This document shows, in pieces, positions 17,435 to 25,509 of a stretch of DNA of 64,000 nucleotides. Both the position numbers and the translations under genes were made by a program. The first letter of the stretch is position 1; the number at the start of each line of letters is the position of its first letter. This DNA is from a virus, in the IMG/VR virus record IMGVR_UViG_3300009124_000001; one strand, written 5' to 3'. The notes under the pieces were generated by a model that made no database searches, had not been told where the DNA came from, and worked only from the letters and a program-made list of their open reading frames with translations.

Positions 17435-17936
17435 CACCATGTGGCGCAATCGCTCCAAGTGAGATACGAATATCTTTACTCGGAGGTTCACCATCATGTT
17501 CCATTAGTGAATCAAATACGATGATTCTTCCCTGCCTAAATGCTACCTTCTCACCATTTGCAAAGGTAGTATCACCATCCTCACCATATGCATGGTAGAT
17601 GATACTGGTAGCAGGACGATTGAAGTCAGTGTGTGTCTGTGACGTGTGCCCAGGGTTCTGTGCATTAACTAACAGTCTGTGGATGTGTGTTAGTGGCAGA
17701 TCCTTGCATATATCTTTGATGATACATTCATTGAAGTATGCAAAGAACCAATACCATGGAGTTTCGCTAGTAAACTCATTGTCTCTGATGACAGTATTGC
17801 CCCAGAATCGTGCCTTGCTGTAATCACCATATGGTGTGTTGTTGTAGTAGAAGGGGAAATCTGTCGAGAGATAGTTACCCACATCATCTACAATCCAATC
17901 AGGAAAGTATCCATCGATTACTCTAATATCACTCAT
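17418..17936 (-). CDS. 2OG-Fe(II) oxygenase (HxD..H)
   Basis: NAQ..HTD; GDTTF; FDSLMEH; RISL. Confidence 0.85.
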   Translation of the reverse strand: MSDIRVIDGYFPDWIVDDVGNYLSTDFPFYYNNTPYGDYSKARFWGNTVIRDNEFTSETPWYWFFAYFNECIIKDICKDLPLTHIHRLLVNAQNPGHTSQTHTDFNRPATSIIYHAYGEDGDTTFANGEKVAFRQGRIIVFDSLMEHDGEPPSKDIRISLGAIAPHGGVQFE

Positions 17937-18538
17937 AATTTAATACCTGATGTCAATTGAAAATTAGCAGACACTGTAATTCGTGCATTTGTATTATCAC
18001 CCTGTGGAGTAACTTGATGATGTAAGTATGATGGGAAGATGACTATATCACCTTCCTTCACATCTGGGAACCATGTATTTGTTGCTGGGTAGTGCTTACT
18101 GAAATACCCATGATGCACGTCTTGATTAGGATCGTAGAATACAAACTTACCATCCCTTTCAGGATCATACTGCATGAAGTAAGCACAACTGAATGCAGTG
18201 TTATTTCCACCACAATGTGTATGTATCTCTTGCGAATCACCCCGATGATATACATTTATCCATGCTTCTGACATTTTGATGGTCGAGGTGACGCGCCCAC
18301 CCAATTGGACGTGCATGTCCATGAGATTGTCAGAAATATAGTTGTTGAACAAATCCCATGAGAAATCATCCTGATTTGTATCACTATCAAAAGATGAGCG
18401 AACAGTACAGTTCCACTCATCGGGTTGTTTTAAGTTTGCTGTGGTGAGTTGATATGTCAGCATGGACTTAATATCCTCATGACGCTTCACCTCACCATGA
18501 TAATACCACTTTGGAAATAGATTCTGAACTTTACCCAT
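17933..18538 (-). CDS. 2OG-Fe(II) oxygenase (HxH..H)
   Basis: AWINVY..QEIHTH; FPSYLHHQV; RITVSAN. Confidence 0.85.
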   Translation of the reverse strand: MGKVQNLFPKWYYHGEVKRHEDIKSMLTYQLTTANLKQPDEWNCTVRSSFDSDTNQDDFSWDLFNNYISDNLMDMHVQLGGRVTSTIKMSEAWINVYHRGDSQEIHTHCGGNNTAFSCAYFMQYDPERDGKFVFYDPNQDVHHGYFSKHYPATNTWFPDVKEGDIVIFPSYLHHQVTPQGDNTNARITVSANFQLTSGIKL

Positions 18539-19785
18539 TATGCAACCAGCGAGAGGGGAGGAATACCTTTGACAAATATAGCATCAACCACATTTTGCAG
18601 GCGCTTGACCACATGCTTGCCATAAGTTTTGTGAACAGGCACTGCAACGAAACCAGTCGGTTTGTTGTAGAAACCCCACTGCTGGGGTTGCAACTCACCA
18701 GACTGCAAACGTGCAGCGTCATCCTTATCTAGGCGAATCACACGACCGATAGTCTGTGCCATCTCAACCACGTTAAGATTACGCAGCAGGATGCAGTGAG
18801 TGAGACCAGGGACGTTGATACCCTCAGAGAGAATAGAATAGTGGAAGACAACAAACTTACGACCAACTTCCTTACCCCATGCAGTCAGCGTGTCGAAGAA
18901 TACTTCACGAGAGACCTTCTTACCGTCAATGATTGCACCGAACTTAGAGGTAACGTGCATGACATTGTAACCACGCTCTTTGAGTTCGAGCAGCAGGGTT
19001 GTGCGAGAGATCATGTTACCCAGCACACGAGAAGAGGGCACAGCAACAAGAATCTTGCTAGCGTGAGTCTCATCGATCTGGTCAATAATGTCACGCACAG
19101 TGTCAGCATCAACGTCGTGGATGTTGTGCTTGTTACGAGTCAGATCGGTCTCGAAAGGAACAATCGTAGGGGGGAGAATGTGACCCTGCTCGATGAGTTC
19201 AGGAGCAGGAACATTGCAGAGAATGCCACCGTACACGTCACTATTGCCCATCGAACGATCGTGACGACGAGAAATACGAGGAGTGGCAGTAAAGAAGTAG
19301 CAATGATTAGCGACCATGGATGTTGCAGCAGTGCCAATAAAGAACTGCTTGGCAACACTGTTGTGTGCCTCATCGAAGTATGCACAGTTGATAGCAATAC
19401 CACTGTCGATTACACGAGGGAGAGAATGATAGGTGGTGAAGATAATGCAGGACTCACCTGCTGCCCGTGCAGTGTTAGCGAACAGTGCAATCTTCTCGGG
19501 TTTGGTGCTGTGGAAATAGTGAGTTTCACCACTGTGAGCATGGCAAACATGCACGTTGCTGTTGTCAATGAACGACATGAACTCGTCGCACAGTTGATTA
19601 GCAAGCAGGATGCGAGGAGCAACAACAACGATGGTACGATTAGACTCAGCAAGCAGTTGCAATGCGTGTTGAATCATGATGATAGTTTTGCCGCCACCAG
19701 TGGGAACAATCACCTGACCCTTGTCAGCGGTCTGCATTGCATCGAGAGCACGCTGCTGGTGGGGACGGAGGGTGATGGACATCAA
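18538..19785 (-). CDS. SF2 DEAH helicase (ResIII-like)
   Basis: LRPHQ; PTGGGKT; DEAH; TATP; LSEGINVP; QTIGRVIR. Confidence 0.92.
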   Translation of the reverse strand: MMSITLRPHQQRALDAMQTADKGQVIVPTGGGKTIIMIQHALQLLAESNRTIVVVAPRILLANQLCDEFMSFIDNSNVHVCHAHSGETHYFHSTKPEKIALFANTARAAGESCIIFTTYHSLPRVIDSGIAINCAYFDEAHNSVAKQFFIGTAATSMVANHCYFFTATPRISRRHDRSMGNSDVYGGILCNVPAPELIEQGHILPPTIVPFETDLTRNKHNIHDVDADTVRDIIDQIDETHASKILVAVPSSRVLGNMISRTTLLLELKERGYNVMHVTSKFGAIIDGKKVSREVFFDTLTAWGKEVGRKFVVFHYSILSEGINVPGLTHCILLRNLNVVEMAQTIGRVIRLDKDDAARLQSGELQPQQWGFYNKPTGFVAVPVHKTYGKHVVKRLQNVVDAIFVKGIPPLSLVA

Positions 19786-19805
19786 TGGGGGTCGAATACC
19801 CTGTA

Positions 19806-19862
19806 ATTATACACGAAAAAGGGGCGGCAACGCCACCCCCAACCAGTTCCACGACTGTCTAC
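19806..19862 (-). promoter_or_regulatory. Palindrome promoter element with embedded terminator hairpin
   Basis: GACAGT-CGTGG-AACTGG..TGTATAAT; GGGGTGGC-GTT-GCCGCCCC-TTTTT lies in the spacer. Confidence 0.65.
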
Positions 19863-20224
19863 TTATCTCCTAATGACACATTGTGGATTGTTTCGTTACC
19901 ACTATTCCAGAACTTCTGATTAGCATTGAGTAGTGCTTCTTCTACATCTTCCTTGAATGTGCGACGTGGAATGAACAATTCATCATCTGCATTCTTATAA
20001 TCTGGATGCGATTCCTTGAATGTGAACTCTACATCATACAGGAGTGATTGTGTGATGTCGTTGATAGTCTCAATGGAAGATGGTGGGAGAGATTGCCAAC
20101 CATATCCAGGGAACATATCATCCTTGACACGATCTAGCAGTGCTTTCTTACAATGCCAACGTGCATCAAACAGTGCAGTAAACTCTTCCCAATCTTCTTG
20201 GGATTTGAAATTAGGGATTGTCAT
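19859..20224 (-). CDS. Hypothetical protein
   Basis: ORF track. Confidence 0.8.
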   Translation of the reverse strand: MTIPNFKSQEDWEEFTALFDARWHCKKALLDRVKDDMFPGYGWQSLPPSSIETINDITQSLLYDVEFTFKESHPDYKNADDELFIPRRTFKEDVEEALLNANQKFWNSGNETIHNVSLGDK

Positions 20225-20636
20225 TGTTTAACTCCATGAATTGTTTAGCAGTAGCAATTTCTTCTTCTACTCGAATCTTCGCCATCATACGATCAGTTTC
20301 TTCCTCTGCTTGTTTCCAGAGTTCAAACTTATCGCGGAGATCTTCATCCATAGTCAGTTCATACTCTTTACAGACTTTGCGTTGGTCTGACTCATTAACA
20401 TAATCATTGAAGACCAGTGACATAGCACCACTACGAATAGATGTGGGATCCATACCTACACACAGCATGAACTTCTCAAACAGTTTGAAATACTGCTTGG
20501 CATTAAGATCAGCAGCAGGTGCTGTAATTATAAAATGTTCTTCTGGGAGGAAGTCATCAGTAGGGTAGGAAGATGATCCATAGGTGGGAGTCCAGGTAGA
20601 ATCAAATTTGAATTCAACAGTTGCATCATAACTCAT
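20211..20636 (-). CDS. Hypothetical protein
   Basis: ORF track. Confidence 0.8.
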   Translation of the reverse strand: MSYDATVEFKFDSTWTPTYGSSSYPTDDFLPEEHFIITAPAADLNAKQYFKLFEKFMLCVGMDPTSIRSGAMSLVFNDYVNESDQRKVCKEYELTMDEDLRDKFELWKQAEEETDRMMAKIRVEEEIATAKQFMELNNDNP

Positions 20637-20833
20637 GAGTATGCCTCAATAAATTCATCGAGAGTGAAACCTTCATCAGTGCCAGTTTCTTCAATCAACT
20701 CATCATAAGTGTACTCTTCAAGTTCCTTACGATACTCTTCTGGTGTTGCATCATCTGGTTCTGGGTCATCATGACAGAGATACTCCCACTCTGACACAAG
20801 TGCATTGATGAGTTGTTCAGTCGTGTACTTCAT
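20633..20833 (-). CDS. Hypothetical acidic protein
   Basis: YT.EQLI.AL..EWEYLCHDD. Confidence 0.8.
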   Translation of the reverse strand: MKYTTEQLINALVSEWEYLCHDDPEPDDATPEEYRKELEEYTYDELIEETGTDEGFTLDEFIEAYS

Positions 20834-20893
20834 TGTTTTTTAGATCATCAAGATACTGTTGAATGTAGTATGCCTTTATTTTATACCAATCAA

Positions 20894-21223
20894 TCATCGT
20901 TCGTCAATCGTAGGTAATAGTTCGTTGCCTGGGTGATCATTTGTCTTACCACGGTATGCTTTAACATGGTTGAAGTATGTATCATCAACCTCTAACTCAT
21001 CCCAGCAACTTTCAATAACAACCATACAACATTTGTTGGTTGGTCTTCGTGAACCAGGAGGATTGTCTTTCTCACTGACACAAATTAAGATGTGATTGTC
21101 ATCCAGGTATTCAATGTAACCCTCATGACCTCTCCAACGAACATGAGCGCCAACTGATAATGAGTTGACAATGTTTCTGATCTCTAATGCAGGTGCTTCT
21201 GAAATAAACAGGGGGGTAGTCAT
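20894..21223 (-). CDS. Hypothetical protein (SH3-like)
   Basis: LSVGAHVRWRGHEGYIEY..ILICV. Confidence 0.75.
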   Translation of the reverse strand: MTTPLFISEAPALEIRNIVNSLSVGAHVRWRGHEGYIEYLDDNHILICVSEKDNPPGSRRPTNKCCMVVIESCWDELEVDDTYFNHVKAYRGKTNDHPGNELLPTIDER

Positions 21224-21822
21224 AGAGTTAGATAAGATGTGGGGTTTCCAAAATCACCTCGGATCATGATATTGAATGCTAGTGAATACCTCCTGGCAGT
21301 GTCCAAATTGTTCTGAACATAGTGTACCAGATGAGATGGGAAGATCACAACCATACCGTCCACTGGCGTAAGTGTCCACTGGTTACTATTATACACATTT
21401 GTGTGTGCTTTGTGTGGTGAGATAACATCGTGCCTATTATCTACAAACACCAAGTCACCACAATTAGGATGAGTTCTCAGATACAATATACCTGAGAACA
21501 TAGAGTTTCTATGCATGTGCTCATTAGATTTCTCCAAGTATTGGTGTATATTGACCCATGAGCAAGGTGAATCAATACTATGTGATTCATCAATACCCAT
21601 TACACCATACACATATTCTCTGATGTGTGGTAATAGAAACTCTTTGATACTTGGCAGTTTGTTAATTACATCCTGGTCAACAGATTGACTACCTAATCCA
21701 GGACCTGCAATGTTTGCATATTCCCAATCAGCAATCTCATCAATCACATCAGGCATAGTCTCATCAACTGTGACATATACTGGTGATGAAAATAGGGGGA
21801 TGACATCAGTGGAAGTTTGCAT
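21220..21822 (-). CDS. 2OG-Fe(II) oxygenase (HxH..H)
   Basis: SWVN..HMHRNSMFSGILYL; FPSHLVHYV; RYSLAFN. Confidence 0.88.
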   Translation of the reverse strand: MQTSTDVIPLFSSPVYVTVDETMPDVIDEIADWEYANIAGPGLGSQSVDQDVINKLPSIKEFLLPHIREYVYGVMGIDESHSIDSPCSWVNIHQYLEKSNEHMHRNSMFSGILYLRTHPNCGDLVFVDNRHDVISPHKAHTNVYNSNQWTLTPVDGMVVIFPSHLVHYVQNNLDTARRYSLAFNIMIRGDFGNPTSYLTL

Positions 21823-22297
21823 TAATTAAGATCCTATTTTTGTGCTGTTTGGGAGAGTGTCCAGTGTGCATGTGTCTCCCATTAAATGTTAGGAGTCTAT
21901 TCTTTTTAGGTTGGACACGAACGAAGTCGTGATCACTCTTGTCTCCCAAAATAACAGTGTCGCCATCAGTATCGTTGACATAGTAGATACAAACAGTGTG
22001 TCTTTCGTCGCAGTCTACATGAAAATCATGCCTGTACCCCTCTGGATTATAGAGTGTCATATCAGCACGAACACGCAGACATTCCTCAGCAGCAACAGTT
22101 GTCTGCATTAGTTGTACCAGTGGAGCGAAATCTGGATCCCCCTCCACTGTCAACCAATGATTGAAACCATGTGACTGTATGTGTTTAGACCCACGAGTTA
22201 ATGTGTGCTGATAAAACCACGGAAACTCCCACCCCATGAGTATATCATGGATATGGGAGTGATAATCTGGGTCAAGAAAATCATCGATGATCCTCAT
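21806..22297 (-). CDS. 2OG-Fe(II) oxygenase (HxD..H)
   Basis: Start MRIIDDFL; FHVD; YYVNDTDGDT; FNGRHMHTG; RILINAN. Confidence 0.88.
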   Translation of the reverse strand: MRIIDDFLDPDYHSHIHDILMGWEFPWFYQHTLTRGSKHIQSHGFNHWLTVEGDPDFAPLVQLMQTTVAAEECLRVRADMTLYNPEGYRHDFHVDCDERHTVCIYYVNDTDGDTVILGDKSDHDFVRVQPKKNRLLTFNGRHMHTGHSPKQHKNRILINANFH

Positions 22298-22460
22298 GTC
22301 TGAGATGTAGGGTGGTCGCAATTTCATCAATTAACTTCCTAGTTCTAGGGGGCACTTCACCATTCTTTTGATAGTATTCTTTTTGTAGACTGAACAGTGC
22401 ATGTTTGAGTAACACTTTCTGTTCCTCGTTGAGCACCTGAGATTTAAGGAACATGGTCAT
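22281..22460 (-). CDS. Small hypothetical protein
   Basis: ORF track; start uncertain. Confidence 0.65.
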   Translation of the reverse strand: MTMFLKSQVLNEEQKVLLKHALFSLQKEYYQKNGEVPPRTRKLIDEIATTLHLRHEDHR

Positions 22461-22483
22461 AGACAGCAAGAGACCGTAACTAT

Positions 22484-23041
22484 TTAACGAACTCTGGGTT
22501 TGAAATTAACATTCATCGCGATTCTGTAACCTTCGGAGGGTGAACTCGATGCGTGTAACACATGACCAGCGAACACAATCATTTTGCCACGCTCAGGCGC
22601 AACGCGCAACTGGCAATTTGGAATCCTAACACTTCTTTCATCATTGAAGAGATAGGTGTCTCCGTCTGTATCATTAAGATACAGAAGGGCAGTTGTGTGT
22701 TCTTCTTCAAAGTCAACATGTGGCGTATGATGAGGCAAACCATCAGGTAATAACATACCCAATCTAACACGATAGATGTCTGTGAATTGTTGACCACAAT
22801 CGTCTGCAATCAGACGTAGAGCAGACTCAAACACATCATAGTATTGTGATGCTGGTTCATAGTCCATCACCAACACATGTGAGAATGATGAACTACTAAA
22901 CTCACCACCAAAAGGTATAGGACCATCAATGAATGTGGTGTCCTTAATAAAATACCATGGAAATCTTGTGCTACTGACTAACTCTTCGATCTGATCTAAG
23001 ATAACCTTAGGGAGTGGGGATCGAGTTGAACTCAATAGCAT
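22484..23041 (-). CDS. 2OG-Fe(II) oxygenase (HxD..H)
   Basis: FPWYF; PHVD; YLNDTDGDT; LHASSSP; RIAMNVN; start trimmed. Confidence 0.88.
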   Translation of the reverse strand: MLLSSTRSPLPKVILDQIEELVSSTRFPWYFIKDTTFIDGPIPFGGEFSSSSFSHVLVMDYEPASQYYDVFESALRLIADDCGQQFTDIYRVRLGMLLPDGLPHHTPHVDFEEEHTTALLYLNDTDGDTYLFNDERSVRIPNCQLRVAPERGKMIVFAGHVLHASSSPSEGYRIAMNVNFKPRVR

Positions 23042-23729
23042 ATTGCTTACGGTCGCTGGGTACGTCACGAGGATACATGCAAGGGATAGACATAGACAAT
23101 CGCTTACCACCTGGGAATGGTTTGTGATATGTTCTTGCTGGGATATACATTACATCGCCAGGTTGCAACACAGTATCTAGGGCAACAGTTAGTTCTCGCC
23201 CTTCTTTATTTGGTAAGTATGGTTCATCAGTCATCTCAATGAGAGCAGAACATCTCTCTTCGTAGACATTCCAGTGTGTCTCACCATCAATTTGACAGAT
23301 AAAGTTAGGTGGTAGATCCCAATGAGCACCAAACGATCTACTGCCTTGCTTAGCACTACCAAATATATGTGCATCACAGTTACAATCAAACATGTCTTCG
23401 ATATTCTCTAAGAGATTATCTACTGCTGGATTGTAATGACCATACTGTTCAATGATGAACGTATGACCTTCATTGATTGCTTGAAACAATTCACTCTTAT
23501 GTGGTACACCTTTCTCATACCATACTTCAAACTTCTCAGGTAACATTAAACGACGACCCTCAAAGTTGAGGACCTGAGTTCTATAATACCATGGATTATT
23601 GAAACAGTGCGTGACTGTATCCCAGTTCACATATTGTGTGGGATTGTCTAATGCACGACGCCACACCATTGGTTTATCACCACACTGGAAAATGTCAGGG
23701 TTGAGGAATGGTAGGAGTAGTTTGTTCAT
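23007..23729 (-). CDS. JmjC/cupin oxygenase (YcfD/ROXA-like)
   Basis: SFGAHWD..NFICQIDGETHW; LQPGDVMYIPARTYH; RLSMSIP. Confidence 0.88.
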   Translation of the reverse strand: MNKLLLPFLNPDIFQCGDKPMVWRRALDNPTQYVNWDTVTHCFNNPWYYRTQVLNFEGRRLMLPEKFEVWYEKGVPHKSELFQAINEGHTFIIEQYGHYNPAVDNLLENIEDMFDCNCDAHIFGSAKQGSRSFGAHWDLPPNFICQIDGETHWNVYEERCSALIEMTDEPYLPNKEGRELTVALDTVLQPGDVMYIPARTYHKPFPGGKRLSMSIPCMYPRDVPSDRKQYAIEFNSIPTP

Positions 23730-24400
23730 TTAAGTTCTGCAAATTCACCTTCGGTTGGATCTAACGGAAACCCTGCAACGTTCACACTGATAGCAATGCG
23801 TTCTTTCTTGTGATACGGCAACGTTCTATGTCTTAACCACGAAGGGAATATAACATAGTCAAACGTTTGTGTGTCCAATGTGTGCCAATCATAGCAGTAT
23901 TCGTTACAATCGTCACCCTCTCGTGACCAATCATCATATTCCATATGGAGAGGGCACATTCGATGGATTTGTTGTAGTGGATTCTCAAACTGCAACTGTC
24001 CACCATTCAGTTCCTTTTGCAAGTAATAAACACACGAGACGTGGGATTTACTCCTAGCACCGCCTATATGGGCGTGTAGACCCGTAGAGTCGCCTTCTGT
24101 GTGCAAATTTGCCCACATACTATCAATATAAAGATGCCAGTCTTTTCTATACTTTACTGTGTTGTTCCAATAGTCACGCACAGCATCTAAGAGTGGATGA
24201 GTGATCCAATCCATCTCAGGTTCTTCAAACAATGCTTTACCATCTTGAAACTCTGAGGTAGATTTACCTGTTTCTAATGCCCATCCACCTTTACATCTAT
24301 CAAACGCCTGCATTAAGAATGCATACGTCTCATTGAATTGATCATCAGTTGGTAGTATCTGACCCGTTACTACTGTCGTAGGAAATACTAGATGATTCAT
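23726..24400 (-). CDS. 2OG-Fe(II) oxygenase (HxH..H)
   Basis: MWANLH..HAH; SCVYYL; FPSWLRHRT; RIAISVN. Confidence 0.85.
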   Translation of the reverse strand: MNHLVFPTTVVTGQILPTDDQFNETYAFLMQAFDRCKGGWALETGKSTSEFQDGKALFEEPEMDWITHPLLDAVRDYWNNTVKYRKDWHLYIDSMWANLHTEGDSTGLHAHIGGARSKSHVSCVYYLQKELNGGQLQFENPLQQIHRMCPLHMEYDDWSREGDDCNEYCYDWHTLDTQTFDYVIFPSWLRHRTLPYHKKERIAISVNVAGFPLDPTEGEFAELK

Positions 24401-25058
24401 TTTGTTTAATAATGTCGAGCATGTTTTGTTTGTTTCTCACAGGTATGAAATTGAATGAGATACTTACACGTTCATCATCAGTTTCATTCTCTCGCACACC
24501 ATGAGCAACCCAAGCAGGGAATAGAAATAGTCTACCAGCAATAGGTGGGTAAGACCATGTTGAATGTGTATGTGGCACCTCTGCTGTACTCATGTCCTCA
24601 GATGTACCAATAGAATGAACTAAGAAACCCTCAGCAGCATTCTTATGGAATGTAATTCTTCCACACTCACCTTCGGGCACTTTAACATAGAAAGCACCAG
24701 ATATTACAGCACCTGGGTGTACATGTACTTCATTATATCCTCCCTTGCCATTGATATTGAACCATGCATTTGCATACTCAATAGTTGTATGGCAGGAACC
24801 ATAAGATCCGAACGCTTCTGTTGCCTTTGCTTTGATTTGTTGCAACAGTTTTTTGAACTCATCATCACCCAGACTCTCATCAGCAAGAATCTGTTCACCC
24901 ATAAAATCAGGGGACTGATAGTTCAGTAACCCCCGATTGCTTCGTGCTTTGGATGGCATTTCATGAGCGATATTATATGTAATATCCTCCATCTTTGCCA
25001 GATCAATGTCAAGATCAACCCACCATATTGGGGTGGGGAAGATATAATCAAGATTCAT
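24345..25058 (-). CDS. 2OG-Fe(II) oxygenase (HxH..H, TIGR02466-like)
   Basis: IFPTPIW; WFNIN..N..HVHPG..SGAFYV; FPAWVAHGV; RVSISFN. Confidence 0.9.
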   Translation of the reverse strand: MNLDYIFPTPIWWVDLDIDLAKMEDITYNIAHEMPSKARSNRGLLNYQSPDFMGEQILADESLGDDEFKKLLQQIKAKATEAFGSYGSCHTTIEYANAWFNINGKGGYNEVHVHPGAVISGAFYVKVPEGECGRITFHKNAAEGFLVHSIGTSEDMSTAEVPHTHSTWSYPPIAGRLFLFPAWVAHGVRENETDDERVSISFNFIPVRNKQNMLDIIKQNESSSISYDSSNGSDTTN

Positions 25059-25507
25059 TACTTAGTCTTGTTCAGATTAGCATCAGTTTCAGATTGATCT
25101 GATTCCCAGTTAGCATACTTTTCGTAACCAGGACGTGTGCGAACTTTGATCTTTTTACGTTGCTCTTGAAGTTCAGACTCAACCCATGGTTGAGGTTCTT
25201 CACCGAGAACCAATCGACGATACAGATTGATAGTTTCGAGACCACCTTCAATCTTAACCAGATCATCACGCATTTCATTCATTTTGGTGAAGTCAATACG
25301 TGTCTCTTGACGGTCAAAACTCATCGCAGAAACAGATGCTTGAAGATCAGAATACTCTCTGAATCTTTCACGATGTTGATACACAAGATTTTTCCACAGA
25401 TCATCCAGAGACTTGACTGCTTCCTCTTCACTATTCACCTCAGTGATAGTTTCAGGTTCCCACTCATCAATCGCCTCCTGATATTGATCAAGAATTTCCT
25501 CAGACAT
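25058..25507 (-). CDS. Hypothetical coiled-coil protein
   Basis: Tightly coupled between halogenase and oxygenase. Confidence 0.8.
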   Translation of the reverse strand: MSEEILDQYQEAIDEWEPETITEVNSEEEAVKSLDDLWKNLVYQHRERFREYSDLQASVSAMSFDRQETRIDFTKMNEMRDDLVKIEGGLETINLYRRLVLGEEPQPWVESELQEQRKKIKVRTRPGYEKYANWESDQSETDANLNKTK

Positions 25508-25509
25508 AA

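Noticed and set aside
18796-19806. 336 aa plus-strand ORF
   Set aside because: Antisense to the helicase; best explained by codon bias of the real gene
12491-19862. Palindromic repeats as a CRISPR array or true attC sites
   Set aside because: Copies are degenerate, 0.6-2.4 kb apart and tied to -10 boxes; no cas genes, integrase or clear RYYYAAC/GTTRRRY ends
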